From Candidatus Hydrogenedentota bacterium (lineage in GTDB: Bacteria; Hydrogenedentota; Hydrogenedentia; Hydrogenedentales; SLHB01), in NCBI GenBank assembly GCA_045863295.1, contig BTWA01000003.1, forward strand, positions 1-64,000: a DNA stretch of 64,000 bases, written 5' to 3'. Under the pieces are notes generated by a model. The model saw only the letters and a list, made by a program, of their open reading frames with translations. It was not told where the DNA came from and searched no databases. Made by a program: the position numbers and the translations under genes. Below are positions 9,790 through 20,083 of the stretch, one piece after another (position 1 is the first letter of the stretch; each line of letters starts with the position of its first letter).

Positions 9790-10398
9790 TTATTCGTCGG
9801 GTCGAAGTACATTCATGACCAAACCGGCAAACGCGCCTACAGCCAGACCAATCACGGAATTTTGAACCAGTGAAAAATCGGATTGCGCAACCAGTATCGA
9901 TTCCAGCGGATGGTGAACAACACTGACGGCCATGCCAATGACCGCGCCGGTGACTGTGGACTGTGTCAAGCCCGGATCGCGTGCATGGATCACACCCCAA
10001 ATCGCACCCAACGTGAGCCCAAGCGGAATCCCCAAAGACAACCCCATGGTCCAGCCCAGCTGAAATCCCGCAGTCGACTGTTCACGCAGAAATACGCCCA
10101 GTGCTATTCCAAATACGATTCCTAGCAGCAACCCGGCCGGCACAGCCCACTTGACCGCTTCCAGCAAGGTCAGTTTCAATACCAAGCGAGGATTTGGTAC
10201 GGAAATGGCCGACCGCGAGCCGGAAGCCGGGGCTCCAATGGGGCGAATAGGCAACGGATCGAGGGAGGCGAAGAAATCACTTTGAAAAATGCAGCCGCAC
10301 TTTGGACACAACTCGGATGTACGCTGCACACCCGGAGAAACTGCAACCTGATGACCGCAGACGCTGCACAGTACAACGGTTTGGGGGGTAACCGCCAT
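9790..10398 (-). CDS. Hypothetical membrane protein with N-terminal zinc ribbon
   Basis: CSVC...CPKC, then about four Gly-rich hydrophobic helices. Confidence 0.7.
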   Translation of the reverse strand: MAVTPQTVVLCSVCGHQVAVSPGVQRTSELCPKCGCIFQSDFFASLDPLPIRPIGAPASGSRSAISVPNPRLVLKLTLLEAVKWAVPAGLLLGIVFGIALGVFLREQSTAGFQLGWTMGLSLGIPLGLTLGAIWGVIHARDPGLTQSTVTGAVIGMAVSVVHHPLESILVAQSDFSLVQNSVIGLAVGAFAGLVMNVLRPDE

Positions 10399-10547
10399 GT
10401 GCTGTCTCTACCAGCGGGAACCGGTCCGCGCACCACTGAAAGACCGACCTATCCCGCATCGTGTGTCCGTGGCCACTCCGAAGCCTTGTTTTCAACGCGC
10501 ACGACCGGGGCACATTGAAACAATCGGACAGCTTTGAATCCTAAGCC

Positions 10548-10575
10548 AGAATACACGAAATTGGCGGAATTGCAA
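10548..10575 (-). promoter_or_regulatory. Putative sigma-70 promoter for the zinc-ribbon membrane gene
   Basis: Minus strand TTGCAA-N16-TATTCT, about 150 nt upstream of the ATG at 10398. Confidence 0.45.
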
Positions 10576-10600
10576 GCGTGAAAGTTTTAACGGAGAACAA

Positions 10601-12646
10601 TCAGGAAGCCGACAGTACGTGAATGTTGGATCCGGGTGTCCCGGCGGCAACTCCGGATTCATCATGCAACTTGCCATAGTACAGATAGGCGTTTTGCTGG
10701 GCGCCTCGGTCTATGCCGTCACGCGCCACATAGGGATTGGACTGAGTATTGTCCAAGACGCGCGCCTTGTAGGTGTCGGCCACCTGAAACGCCATAATAT
10801 CCGCTACTTCTTGTTGCAGCGCAGGATCGTACACAGGGAACGCAACTTCCACACGCCAGTCCAAATTTCGTTCCATCAGGTCGGCGGAACTCATAAACAC
10901 GCGCCTATCGGCTCCCTTGCCGAAAATATAGACTCGCTGATGTTCAAGAAATCGATCCAGGATGGAAATGGCCCGTATGTTCGGATGGGACCGGATGGCA
11001 TAGGTAGTGCGCACGATCAAATCCATTTGCACGCCGGCGTCGGCCGCTTCTTCGAGCTTGTCGATAATCTTGTCATCCGTTAGGTGGTTGACTTTGATCA
11101 AGATGTACCCGTCTTTTCCTTTGCTCTTTTCCCGATTGATCAGCTTCATAAACGTTTTTCGGGCATTAAAGGGCGATACCAGCAAATGTTTGAATTTGGG
11201 CGAGGCCAACGTGCGCAACCGTGACGCATGATCAAGGAAATCAAACACGGCCTCCACTTCCGCGAGAATTTTTCTGCTTGCGGTCAGTAGAATGCTGTCC
11301 ACATAGAGGCGCCCGGTCACTTCGTTGAAATTGCCCGTGGAAAGACCCGCCACGGATCCGCCCTTTCCCTTGATGAGCAAAAGTTTGCCGTGCACCTTCA
11401 TCGGCGGAACACCGTACACCACCGTCGCGCCCGCCTCGGTCAGCGCCTCCGCTATGCGGATGTTGTTCTTCTCGTCGAATCGGGCTTGCAGTTCTATGGA
11501 CACGAAGATCTTCTTGCCATTACGTGCAGCATTAACCAGCGCATTCACGACCTGTGACGTGCGCGAGGCCCTGTACAAGGTCATGCGAATCTCGCTCACT
11601 TTCGGGTCGATGGCGGCCTCGCGTAAAAGACGGATGACATGATCGAACGACTGCCACGGATAGCTGACCAGCAGGTCCTTCTTTTGGATTGTCTGGATCA
11701 TCGGCTGGCGGTCACGGTCGAGCACGGGGTGCGGAATGGGATCCAACTTTGCAAATGCCAAATCCGGCCGGTGATTCGGAAACCGCATTAAATCCTTCAT
11801 ATTGTGATACCGGCCGCCGGGAATCACCGTGTCGTCATCTGTAATGTCCAATTCCTTCAGGAGCAACTCCCGAAGGCCGGATGGCATATCCGAATCGTAA
11901 ACGAACCGCGTGGGCCTGCCTCCTTTGCGCTGCTGAAGTACCTTCTCCATCTTGCGCACGTACCCTTCGGAAAAGTCATTGTCTATATCAAGCTCGGCAT
12001 CCCGGGATATCTTGAATTCAAACGCGGCAATGCTTTCGTACTCGAAAATGTAGAAAATATCGTTGAGGCAATACCGGATCACATCGTCTATATACATGAT
12101 AGACCCGTTTGGAAGCTCCACAAACCGAGGCAACTCGGACGGTATTTCGAGTATTGCGTAGCGTTGAGGTTTCCCTTCCATCTTCACGCCAAAATACAGG
12201 GCTCCGTCGGTCAATTGGGGAAACGGGTTATTCTTGTGAATAATGATGGGAACCAGACTGGGCAGGACGGATGCCCGGAAATATTCCTGCAACCAAGACG
12301 CCATCCGGTCAGGCCGCTTCGCCAAGTCTTCTTCGGTCAGAATTCGAATGCCTTCTCGGGCAAGGGCCAGGGAAATCTGGTGATACGCCTCCTGGAATCG
12401 CTCATCCAAGTCACGGGCTTTGTCCCCTATGACCTCTAGCAATCCCGCCATCCCCTTTTTTCCCAATTCCAACCGGCGCTGTATACTGGCCACCCGGACT
12501 TTGAAGAATTCGTCCATATTGGACGAGAAGATGCCCAGGAACTTGAGGCGTTCCATTAGGGGATTGCGATCGTCTTCCGCCTCCTGCAACACTCGCTCAT
12601 TAAATGACAGGGTAGATATTTCTCGTATTTGGTGGACATTTTTCAT
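10601..12646 (-). CDS. ppk1: Polyphosphate kinase 1
   Basis: REIS.LSFNERVLQEA, ERLKFLGIFSSNMDEFF, TLYR, ELQARFDE, KVHGK, STGNFN, DRFLEH, SSADLMERNLDWRVE. Confidence 0.97.
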   Translation of the reverse strand: MKNVHQIREISTLSFNERVLQEAEDDRNPLMERLKFLGIFSSNMDEFFKVRVASIQRRLELGKKGMAGLLEVIGDKARDLDERFQEAYHQISLALAREGIRILTEEDLAKRPDRMASWLQEYFRASVLPSLVPIIIHKNNPFPQLTDGALYFGVKMEGKPQRYAILEIPSELPRFVELPNGSIMYIDDVIRYCLNDIFYIFEYESIAAFEFKISRDAELDIDNDFSEGYVRKMEKVLQQRKGGRPTRFVYDSDMPSGLRELLLKELDITDDDTVIPGGRYHNMKDLMRFPNHRPDLAFAKLDPIPHPVLDRDRQPMIQTIQKKDLLVSYPWQSFDHVIRLLREAAIDPKVSEIRMTLYRASRTSQVVNALVNAARNGKKIFVSIELQARFDEKNNIRIAEALTEAGATVVYGVPPMKVHGKLLLIKGKGGSVAGLSTGNFNEVTGRLYVDSILLTASRKILAEVEAVFDFLDHASRLRTLASPKFKHLLVSPFNARKTFMKLINREKSKGKDGYILIKVNHLTDDKIIDKLEEAADAGVQMDLIVRTTYAIRSHPNIRAISILDRFLEHQRVYIFGKGADRRVFMSSADLMERNLDWRVEVAFPVYDPALQQEVADIMAFQVADTYKARVLDNTQSNPYVARDGIDRGAQQNAYLYYGKLHDESGVAAGTPGSNIHVLSAS

Positions 12647-13003
12647 AGACTCAAGACTATAGCAAAGCAGGGACGTACAGGTACATAATCCATTTGTAGG
12701 ACAAAGTAGAAGTGTGTCGATCCGTTGAGGGTTTACCCCGGGATGGCGTCTGGGCGCGCAGACGCGGAGCGCGAACGGGCATGGCTTTTTCCTTGTCTAA
12801 TATATTGGCTATAATGCGGATTCGATGAGGTGTTTGCCGGGCTGTACCGGAAATTGGGTCTGGCCGCCTAGGAGCCGCCGGCGTCTGAAAGGGTGAACAA
12901 GTCATTTCATGTGATCTAGAATGGAACTGTGCTCCGGATTGCAATCCTTTGAGCCATCTGGATGGGGAAACCGAGGCTACCACCCTGTGGAAAACGTGTG
13001 GGC

Positions 13004-14836
13004 ATGGTTGATTTTGTAGTACACATTACCGGCATAGCAGGGCCGATCAAGGGTAGAACATGGCCCTTGAGTAAGAAACCGTTGCTCGTGGGCAGGTTGC
13101 AGACCTGTGACATCTGCATCCAGCACCGGGCCGTATCTCGCAGGCATTGCGAGATTAGCGTGGTAAACGGCGAAATCAAGGTGATGGACCTGCACAGCAG
13201 TAACACTACGCTGGTCAACGGTGAACCCGTTTCTGAAAAGAGCCTCTCCATCGGCGATCAGATTGCGGTGGGACCCGCCGTGCTGCTGATTACCAGTACG
13301 AGCGACAGCCAACCTACGGATCTGAACGGGGACGACAATCTTTCGTCGACGTTGTCTCTATCAGAAAAAGACGTAAGCTACCTCCGGCAGACACCTACGG
13401 AAATCGCCCTGATGGGGCGTCCGCAAACGGTGCAGGACCTTGCGGCGCTGTATAGCATCGGCCGGCGTTTCAGTACCGCCACCGATTTGAAGTCTCTGCT
13501 TGAGATCATGTTGAAAGCATTGCACGACCGGTTTGAACCGCGTGCGTGTTGGGTTGCCCGGCAGTACCGCATGGGCGAAGATTTGAATTTTATCTCATTG
13601 CCGCCCGTTCCCGAAGGCCAGACCGCGCGCCTGAAACCGCCAATCAAGTTGATGACGCGGTCGCTGCAGGATCATCAAGCCATACGTTCGCCCGAAAAAG
13701 AGGGCACCTATTTCGTGGCGCCGATACAGTCGAGCGGGGCGACCACGGGGGTGGTGGCATTGCTTTGCGATCCGCAACAACGCAAAGTGGGGACTGCGGA
13801 TCTGGAGTTCCTCCTGGCGCTTGCCAATCAAGCCGCGCCTTTCATCATTAGCGTGGAACATGCGGAACGCATGCAACGTGATTTGGAGCGGCTTCGCGCA
13901 TCCAACACCAACGCGACCCTTATCGGTAAGAACCGTGTGATGGAAAACGTCCGCCGCTTGTTGTTGGAAGCGGCACAGACGAATCTGAACGTCCTTATCC
14001 TGGGTGAAACCGGAACAGGCAAGGAATTGGCCGCGCAGATGATTCACGAACAGTCAACCCGTTCAGAGGGACCGTTCATTACCATCAATTGCGCGGCGAT
14101 CCCCCACGAATTGTTCGAAAGTGAATTGTTCGGCTATAAGAAAGGGGTATTTACAGGAGCCAATACAGACAAGATTGGCCGGTTTGAACAAGCGCATCTG
14201 GGAACGCTCTTTCTGGACGAAGTGGGCGATCTCAGCATGTCAAATCAGGCACGATTGCTGCGCGTTATTGAGACAGGCACTTTTCATCGGTTGGGTGCCG
14301 AAGAAGAAACGCACGTAGATGTCCGTGTTGTCGCGGCCACCAATATGGAATTGAACAAGGCCGCGGTGCAGGGTAGGTTCAGGCAGGACTTGCTCCATCG
14401 CTTGAATGGATTTCAAGTAACGATGCCTGCGTTGCGGGAAAGGCTTTCGGACATACCGGTGCTTGCCGAATACTTTCTGGAACACAGCCGCGAACGTGCC
14501 AAGCGCCCCATATCGGGATTTTCGACTGAAGCAATCGAGACGCTGTCCAAGCGCGAATGGCTGGGCAATGTGCGTGAACTAAAATCCACCATTGAACGCG
14601 CCGTTGCCACCTGCCGCACGGAGCAAATAGAACCGGCGGACTTGGTCTCGTACTCCGAATCGGGCGCGCTTGAAATTGCTTTGGGGCAACCCGTGCCACT
14701 TGCGGATATTGAAAAACGGCACATTGAATGCGTGATTCGCGATAACGACGGCAACATGTCGGCGGCAGCACGTGTGCTGGGCATAAGCCGTGCCACACTG
14801 TACAACAAAGTGCGCGAATACGGCATCTCCATTTGA
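13004..14836 (+). CDS. Sigma-54-dependent enhancer-binding protein with N-terminal FHA and GAF-like domains
   Basis: FHA (VGR...VSRRH...DLHSSNTTLVNG), AAA+ (GETGTGKE, ESELFG..KGVFTGA, LFLDE, FRQDL, WLGNVREL) and Fis HTH (AARVLGISRATLYNK). Confidence 0.93.
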   Translation: MVDFVVHITGIAGPIKGRTWPLSKKPLLVGRLQTCDICIQHRAVSRRHCEISVVNGEIKVMDLHSSNTTLVNGEPVSEKSLSIGDQIAVGPAVLLITSTSDSQPTDLNGDDNLSSTLSLSEKDVSYLRQTPTEIALMGRPQTVQDLAALYSIGRRFSTATDLKSLLEIMLKALHDRFEPRACWVARQYRMGEDLNFISLPPVPEGQTARLKPPIKLMTRSLQDHQAIRSPEKEGTYFVAPIQSSGATTGVVALLCDPQQRKVGTADLEFLLALANQAAPFIISVEHAERMQRDLERLRASNTNATLIGKNRVMENVRRLLLEAAQTNLNVLILGETGTGKELAAQMIHEQSTRSEGPFITINCAAIPHELFESELFGYKKGVFTGANTDKIGRFEQAHLGTLFLDEVGDLSMSNQARLLRVIETGTFHRLGAEEETHVDVRVVAATNMELNKAAVQGRFRQDLLHRLNGFQVTMPALRERLSDIPVLAEYFLEHSRERAKRPISGFSTEAIETLSKREWLGNVRELKSTIERAVATCRTEQIEPADLVSYSESGALEIALGQPVPLADIEKRHIECVIRDNDGNMSAAARVLGISRATLYNKVREYGISI

Positions 14837-14899
14837 TCTCGTTTTGTCCGTTAGGAAGAATGAGGTGCCACGCAATTCACTCAGCCGGGTTGACCGCTT

Positions 14900-17800
14900 A
14901 TGGCAGACGAACTGCATCCAATCGATAACCGTGATCGGTATTTGCTGTTTGGCGTGCTGGCCACTCAGTTGGGGTGGGTCAGGCCAAATCAGATGGCGGA
15001 AGCGGGTATCGCCTGGACGCAAAATCCGGCCGTGCCATTGGACGAACATCTGGCACGGCTTGGCGTGCTGTCCGATAGACTATCCGATCTCCTGCATCGT
15101 CTAACGCGCGAAACTATCGCGGCCCATGGTGGGGACGCCCATCAGGCACTGGCCACTTTGGGCGGTCCGGGGCGAATTCACGAAGCATTTCATGGTGCAC
15201 TATTCCTGGACAGTGAAGACAGATTGAGCACATACCGCTACGCGGGAGATGAGATCGGCGACGCGAATATCTCCGTGGGCGAGGAGTCACCCGGCCGGTA
15301 TACGCTGGTTTCCGAATACGCAAAAGGCGGCATGGGCCGCGTCTTGATCGTTCATGATTTGCAGTTGGGCCGAAACATCGCCCTAAAGGAATTGTTGCCC
15401 CCTCCCACGGTTGCGGGTAGTGAGAATGCAGATGAGGCCGAGTTGACGCCCGTTAGGGCGACAGCTGCGCTGTCAGCACGGTTCCTTCAGGAAGCACGCA
15501 TTACTGGACGATTGGAGCATCCATCCATCGTTCCCGTCTACGAATTGGGCCGACGACACGACGGCACCCTGTACTACACGATGAAGTTGGTACGGGGCCG
15601 TACATTTTATGCGGCAATTAAGGAATGCCGGTCATTTCAACAGCGCGTGGAACTCCTGCCTCATTTTCTCAATCTATGCCAGGCCTTGGCATACGCACAT
15701 TCACGATCGGTAATCCACCGAGATATCAAACCGGCAAATGTTATGGTAGGCGAATTCGGCGAAACCGTAGTACTTGATTGGGGATTGGCCAAGTCGCTCA
15801 ATCATTCCGACGTACATGAAGCCGAACTGGCACGGCTGTTTGCCCTGGCGCAATCCGGCGGAGCGACGCCGGACACCAATACGGTCTACGGGAACGTGCT
15901 GGGAACGCCGAACTATATGCCGCCGGAACAAGCCAAGGGAATAATCGATCTGGTGGATGCGCGATCTGACGTGTATTCCCTTGGAGCAGTGCTCTACGAG
16001 TTGATTACAGGCATCCCGCCGTATCGGGGCTCCTCGAATCTCGAGGTTATAACACTCGTAATCCAGAGCGAACCACGCCCGGTCTCCGAATTGGTGCCCA
16101 ACGTTCCCGCCGAACTTGCCGCCATATGCCGCAAGGCCATGTGCCGTGACCCGGCCGATCGCTACTCCACCGCCAGAGAATTGGCCGACGATGTGCAGCG
16201 GTTTCTGACGGGCTCCATAGTATTGGCCCACGACTACCGGTTTGCCGAGCACCTGTTCAGGCACGTAAGACGCCACAAGACTTCATATGCGCTGGCGGCC
16301 TCCGCGCTTGCCCTAATTCTTGCGTTGGGCGGGTTCTACAATTATCAGTTGTACAATGCGCGGGAAAGCGAACACGAGCAACGACTTGAGGCCGAAAAGG
16401 CCAATCGCATGTTGACGTGGGAAAACTATGCGGCAAATATCCAGATAGCGCACAAATACATCGATGAACTGGACGTAGAAACCGCATCGCGAATCCTGCT
16501 GGCATTACCGGAACAGCACCGCCGATGGGAATGGGGGCATTTATACAACCGTTGCCGTCCCAATACGTTCGCCTTGTTTGACAACGATCTCCCCGAGAAG
16601 CCCTTTGGCTTTGTCTCCACCGCCGCGTACAGCAACGATGACCGATTTGTTTTGCAGATACGGCCGTTTGTCGGGTTAGTACAGGTTTTCGATCTGCTGG
16701 CGGGACGAAACGTGTACCTGCTCCGCGTCAATCGCGATCGGCATCATTCCCATCGCGGTTGTGTGCGGTTTCATCCCGGCAACCGGAAATTTACGCTCGC
16801 GATTGGTGACCGGCGCGTGGCCATGTGGTCGTTTGACCCAGACAAACCCGTATCGGAAACAGGAGTGGACGGTCCTGAACCGGAAGTCACGTTCGAAGCC
16901 GACGATGGTCTAATCGCATCATTTGTCTTTTCACCAGATGGAGAGCAGGCCGCCGGATTCATATACAGAAGAGACTCTGCTTGCAGCATTCGGTTATGGG
17001 ACGCCAATTCCGGCAATACTGTGGCGGAGCATTCTGTTGGGAAAATCACTTCCGAGCCCTCGTTCAATTCCACCGTATCGGAAGCATGGGAAGAAACCGT
17101 ATATGCGAGACAAGGCAGCGTGATCGGTTATTCAGCCGATGGCAGGGTGCTTTTCGTGGATGAACGCGCGGGGGCACTGGATCCAGATACGGGCGTCATT
17201 CAATACATGGGCCCATGCCGAATGCACGCGGACTACCAACCTGAACCCGATCGTATGGCGATCCTTCGTGCAAATAACCGGATTGATATTTGGGACGTGA
17301 CGAACAACCGGCCTGTGTTGGCATTCGATATCGGGGACAGTGCTTCCATTCAAGCCATGGCGCTAAGCCGGGATGGGCTCCGTGTGGCAACTGCGGGCCA
17401 CCTGCTTGAAATGTGGAATACGGCCGATCGGAAGCCGGAATGGATGATTCGAAGACCATTTCGCGGGATACAATTTAGCGCCAACGGGAACGGCCTGCAT
17501 ACCTTTGATACGAACCGGATTCCTCACTATGCACTCTTGCCCGTTCGTCATCCGGAGGATGCCTGGGAAATCCAGGTGGAAATGCCTCCAAACGGTAAGC
17601 CGGCCTTCGATCACCCCAAACGAACCGAAGCCCCCATCGGCGCAGTCGCTCCCGATGGCTCGCGCTTCTTCGCAGGCGGACTGGATGGGTGGGTCCAGAT
17701 GTGGTCTGTGCCCGATTTCACGCTGCTGGCGGAATGGATGGCGGACGGCGAAAGAGTGCGAAGGGTTGTTGTGGATCCGTCTGGAAAACGGCTGGCCACG

Positions 17801-18592
17801 GCAGGACATGAAAGCGTGACCGTGTGGGACTTGGATACACGGATTTCCATCCTGCGAATAGAACCTCGAGAAGGGGATGTGATGACATCGTGCTCCTTCT
17901 CCGCGGACGGATCCCGGATCGCCGTGGGTTCCTGGCTGCGAAGCGGCGTGAGCAGTGCCGGCGAACGTCAGGCTTGGGTGGTGGATATCGCGACGGGCGA
18001 AAAAATCTATGAGGTAGAAGGCCACCCCGGTATGTGCAACTTCGTGCAATTCAGTCCTGACGGCAAGTGGCTATTTACAGGCACGTACGGGCCCCCGAAC
18101 AGGCCGGACGTTCCCTCCATTTACATCTGGGACGCTGCCTCGGGAAGTCAACTGCACGGGTCCATCGCCGGTATGAATTGGCCGTGGAACGCCTCATTTT
18201 CGGCCGATGGCACCCGCGTAGTTGCCGTGGGGCTGACACTGGTACCCGTGATGTTTGATCTGACTGAGATGAAGGAGATTTACCGGGTCAGCCACGACAA
18301 CTCGCGTCAAGTATCGTTTTTTCCGGACGGAGATCGCTTTGTCGTCTTCCGATTCAATGGGTATTCCATACATGCCGCGACCGACGGGCGTGAATTGTAC
18401 GTCTCCAAAGAAGGACACACTCAAGGATTCATTTCACAAGACGGAAGGACGGTATACATTGCCAAAGACAACGAGGCCTTCCTGGCCTTTGGATCGGCCG
18501 ACTGGAAAACTCACGACCCGGAACAAATGTTTCAGTCCTCGTTGCAGAAGGCGCGATCCTTATTGGGCCTCGACACAGGTTCGAGCCCGTGA
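14900..18592 (+). CDS. Ser/Thr protein kinase with C-terminal WD40 repeats
   Basis: GGMGRV, ALK, HRDIKPAN, DWG, GTPNYMPPE. One hydrophobic segment, then WD40-like repeats (FSPDG...IRLWD, VTVWD, IYIWD). Confidence 0.93.
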   Translation: MADELHPIDNRDRYLLFGVLATQLGWVRPNQMAEAGIAWTQNPAVPLDEHLARLGVLSDRLSDLLHRLTRETIAAHGGDAHQALATLGGPGRIHEAFHGALFLDSEDRLSTYRYAGDEIGDANISVGEESPGRYTLVSEYAKGGMGRVLIVHDLQLGRNIALKELLPPPTVAGSENADEAELTPVRATAALSARFLQEARITGRLEHPSIVPVYELGRRHDGTLYYTMKLVRGRTFYAAIKECRSFQQRVELLPHFLNLCQALAYAHSRSVIHRDIKPANVMVGEFGETVVLDWGLAKSLNHSDVHEAELARLFALAQSGGATPDTNTVYGNVLGTPNYMPPEQAKGIIDLVDARSDVYSLGAVLYELITGIPPYRGSSNLEVITLVIQSEPRPVSELVPNVPAELAAICRKAMCRDPADRYSTARELADDVQRFLTGSIVLAHDYRFAEHLFRHVRRHKTSYALAASALALILALGGFYNYQLYNARESEHEQRLEAEKANRMLTWENYAANIQIAHKYIDELDVETASRILLALPEQHRRWEWGHLYNRCRPNTFALFDNDLPEKPFGFVSTAAYSNDDRFVLQIRPFVGLVQVFDLLAGRNVYLLRVNRDRHHSHRGCVRFHPGNRKFTLAIGDRRVAMWSFDPDKPVSETGVDGPEPEVTFEADDGLIASFVFSPDGEQAAGFIYRRDSACSIRLWDANSGNTVAEHSVGKITSEPSFNSTVSEAWEETVYARQGSVIGYSADGRVLFVDERAGALDPDTGVIQYMGPCRMHADYQPEPDRMAILRANNRIDIWDVTNNRPVLAFDIGDSASIQAMALSRDGLRVATAGHLLEMWNTADRKPEWMIRRPFRGIQFSANGNGLHTFDTNRIPHYALLPVRHPEDAWEIQVEMPPNGKPAFDHPKRTEAPIGAVAPDGSRFFAGGLDGWVQMWSVPDFTLLAEWMADGERVRRVVVDPSGKRLATAGHESVTVWDLDTRISILRIEPREGDVMTSCSFSADGSRIAVGSWLRSGVSSAGERQAWVVDIATGEKIYEVEGHPGMCNFVQFSPDGKWLFTGTYGPPNRPDVPSIYIWDAASGSQLHGSIAGMNWPWNASFSADGTRVVAVGLTLVPVMFDLTEMKEIYRVSHDNSRQVSFFPDGDRFVVFRFNGYSIHAATDGRELYVSKEGHTQGFISQDGRTVYIAKDNEAFLAFGSADWKTHDPEQMFQSSLQKARSLLGLDTGSSP

Positions 18593-18613
18593 ATCATGGA
18601 CGTGTTGGGCACC

Positions 18614-20062
18614 TCACGCGACGATATCGTGGACTACATTCCCGTGCACGTCGGTCAACCGGAAATCCCGGCCTTGGAATCGGTAGGTTAGCTTCTCATG
18701 ATCGATTCCCAATAGGTGAAGAATCGTCGCGTTGAAGTCGTGCACGTGCACCGGATTCTCGACTACGTTATAGCCGAATTCATCGGTGGAACCGTAACTT
18801 AACCCGGGCTTCACACCACCGCCGGCCATCCATGCCGTGAAACACCGGCCATGATGGTCACGGCCATAATCGTCGGGCCGCAACTCACCCTGACAATACA
18901 CCGTGCGCCCAAATTCGCCACCCCATATGACCAGTGTATCTTCCAGCATGCCGCGCGCTTTGAGATCCTTGATCAATGCGGCCGAAGGCTGATCGACGTC
19001 GCCGCACATTAGAGGCAGATCCCGCGGCAGGTTTCCATGATGGTCCCAATCCCGGTGGTACAACTGAATGAAGCGTACACCACGCTCAGCCAGCCGCCGC
19101 GCCAGAAGGCAATTGGACGCAAACGTGCCCGGCTTGCGGGAATCGGGCCCATACATGTCGAAAACGGAATCCGGCTCGCTCGACACATCCATAAGTTCCG
19201 GGACGGAGGTCTGCATGCGAAACGCCATTTCGTACTGCGATATGCGAGTTACGATTTCGGGATCCGCGAAATCGTCGTGGTGAATCGTGTTCAAGCGTGT
19301 AAGCGCGTCCAGCATGTGCCGGCGCGTGGATTCGTCGATGCCATGAGGATTGGTCAGATACAGCACGGGATCGCTTCCGGCTCTGAAGTTCACACCTTGA
19401 TGTTGCGACGGAAGAAATCCCGAACCCCACAGGCGTTGAAACAAGGATTGGGCATCCCGTTTCGCACTTCCCATGGATATCAAAACCACAAATCCTGGCA
19501 TGTCCTGATTTTCACTGCCAATGCCATAACTGACCCACGATCCGAGACTGGGCCTCCCAGGCAACTGGCTACCCGTCTGCAAATAGGTGATGGCGGGATC
19601 GTGATTGATCGCTTCTGTATTCAGCGACTTCACAATGCACAAATCATCGGCCACTTGCGCCGTGTAGGGAAGCAACTCGCTCACCCAAGCCCCGCTCTGG
19701 CCATGTTGCTTGAACTTGTAAATGGAGGGCGCAACGGGAAATGTGGCCTGGCCCGAGGTCATTCCCGTCAGCCGCTGGCCCATGCGGATGGATGCGGGCA
19801 GATCGGTGCCACGCAACGCGTCCATCTGCGGCTTGTAGTCAAACAAGTCCATCTGCGAGGGGCCGCCGGATTGAAACAGGTAAATGACCCGCTTGGCTCT
19901 GGGCACGCCGTGAAACTGATCCATCGCATTGGTGGAGGTCGCTGAAGCAGCTGAGGACAACAGCGAGCTCAACGCGGCCATGCCGACACCCGAACAGCAG
20001 CGCCCGAAAAACTCGCGGCGCGTGGCCATCAATTCGCGCTCGCGCAGTGTGTTGTTAACCAT
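18614..20062 (-). CDS. DUF1501 domain protein (planctomycete type, Tat signal)
   Basis: [66 protein letters not shown]. Confidence 0.92.
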   Translation of the reverse strand: MVNNTLRERELMATRREFFGRCCSGVGMAALSSLLSSAASATSTNAMDQFHGVPRAKRVIYLFQSGGPSQMDLFDYKPQMDALRGTDLPASIRMGQRLTGMTSGQATFPVAPSIYKFKQHGQSGAWVSELLPYTAQVADDLCIVKSLNTEAINHDPAITYLQTGSQLPGRPSLGSWVSYGIGSENQDMPGFVVLISMGSAKRDAQSLFQRLWGSGFLPSQHQGVNFRAGSDPVLYLTNPHGIDESTRRHMLDALTRLNTIHHDDFADPEIVTRISQYEMAFRMQTSVPELMDVSSEPDSVFDMYGPDSRKPGTFASNCLLARRLAERGVRFIQLYHRDWDHHGNLPRDLPLMCGDVDQPSAALIKDLKARGMLEDTLVIWGGEFGRTVYCQGELRPDDYGRDHHGRCFTAWMAGGGVKPGLSYGSTDEFGYNVVENPVHVHDFNATILHLLGIDHEKLTYRFQGRDFRLTDVHGNVVHDIVA

Positions 20063-20083
20063 GACGGTATTGCTCCCTTTGCA

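Noticed and set aside
10410..10460. Cobalamin riboswitch (GGGAA...CCACTG on the plus strand)
   Set aside because: Wrong strand for the adjacent gene, and the other core elements are missing.
12647..13003. Sigma-54 -24/-12 promoter near the activator
   Set aside because: Only a near miss (GGCATGGCTTTTTC) lacking the conserved GC at -12.
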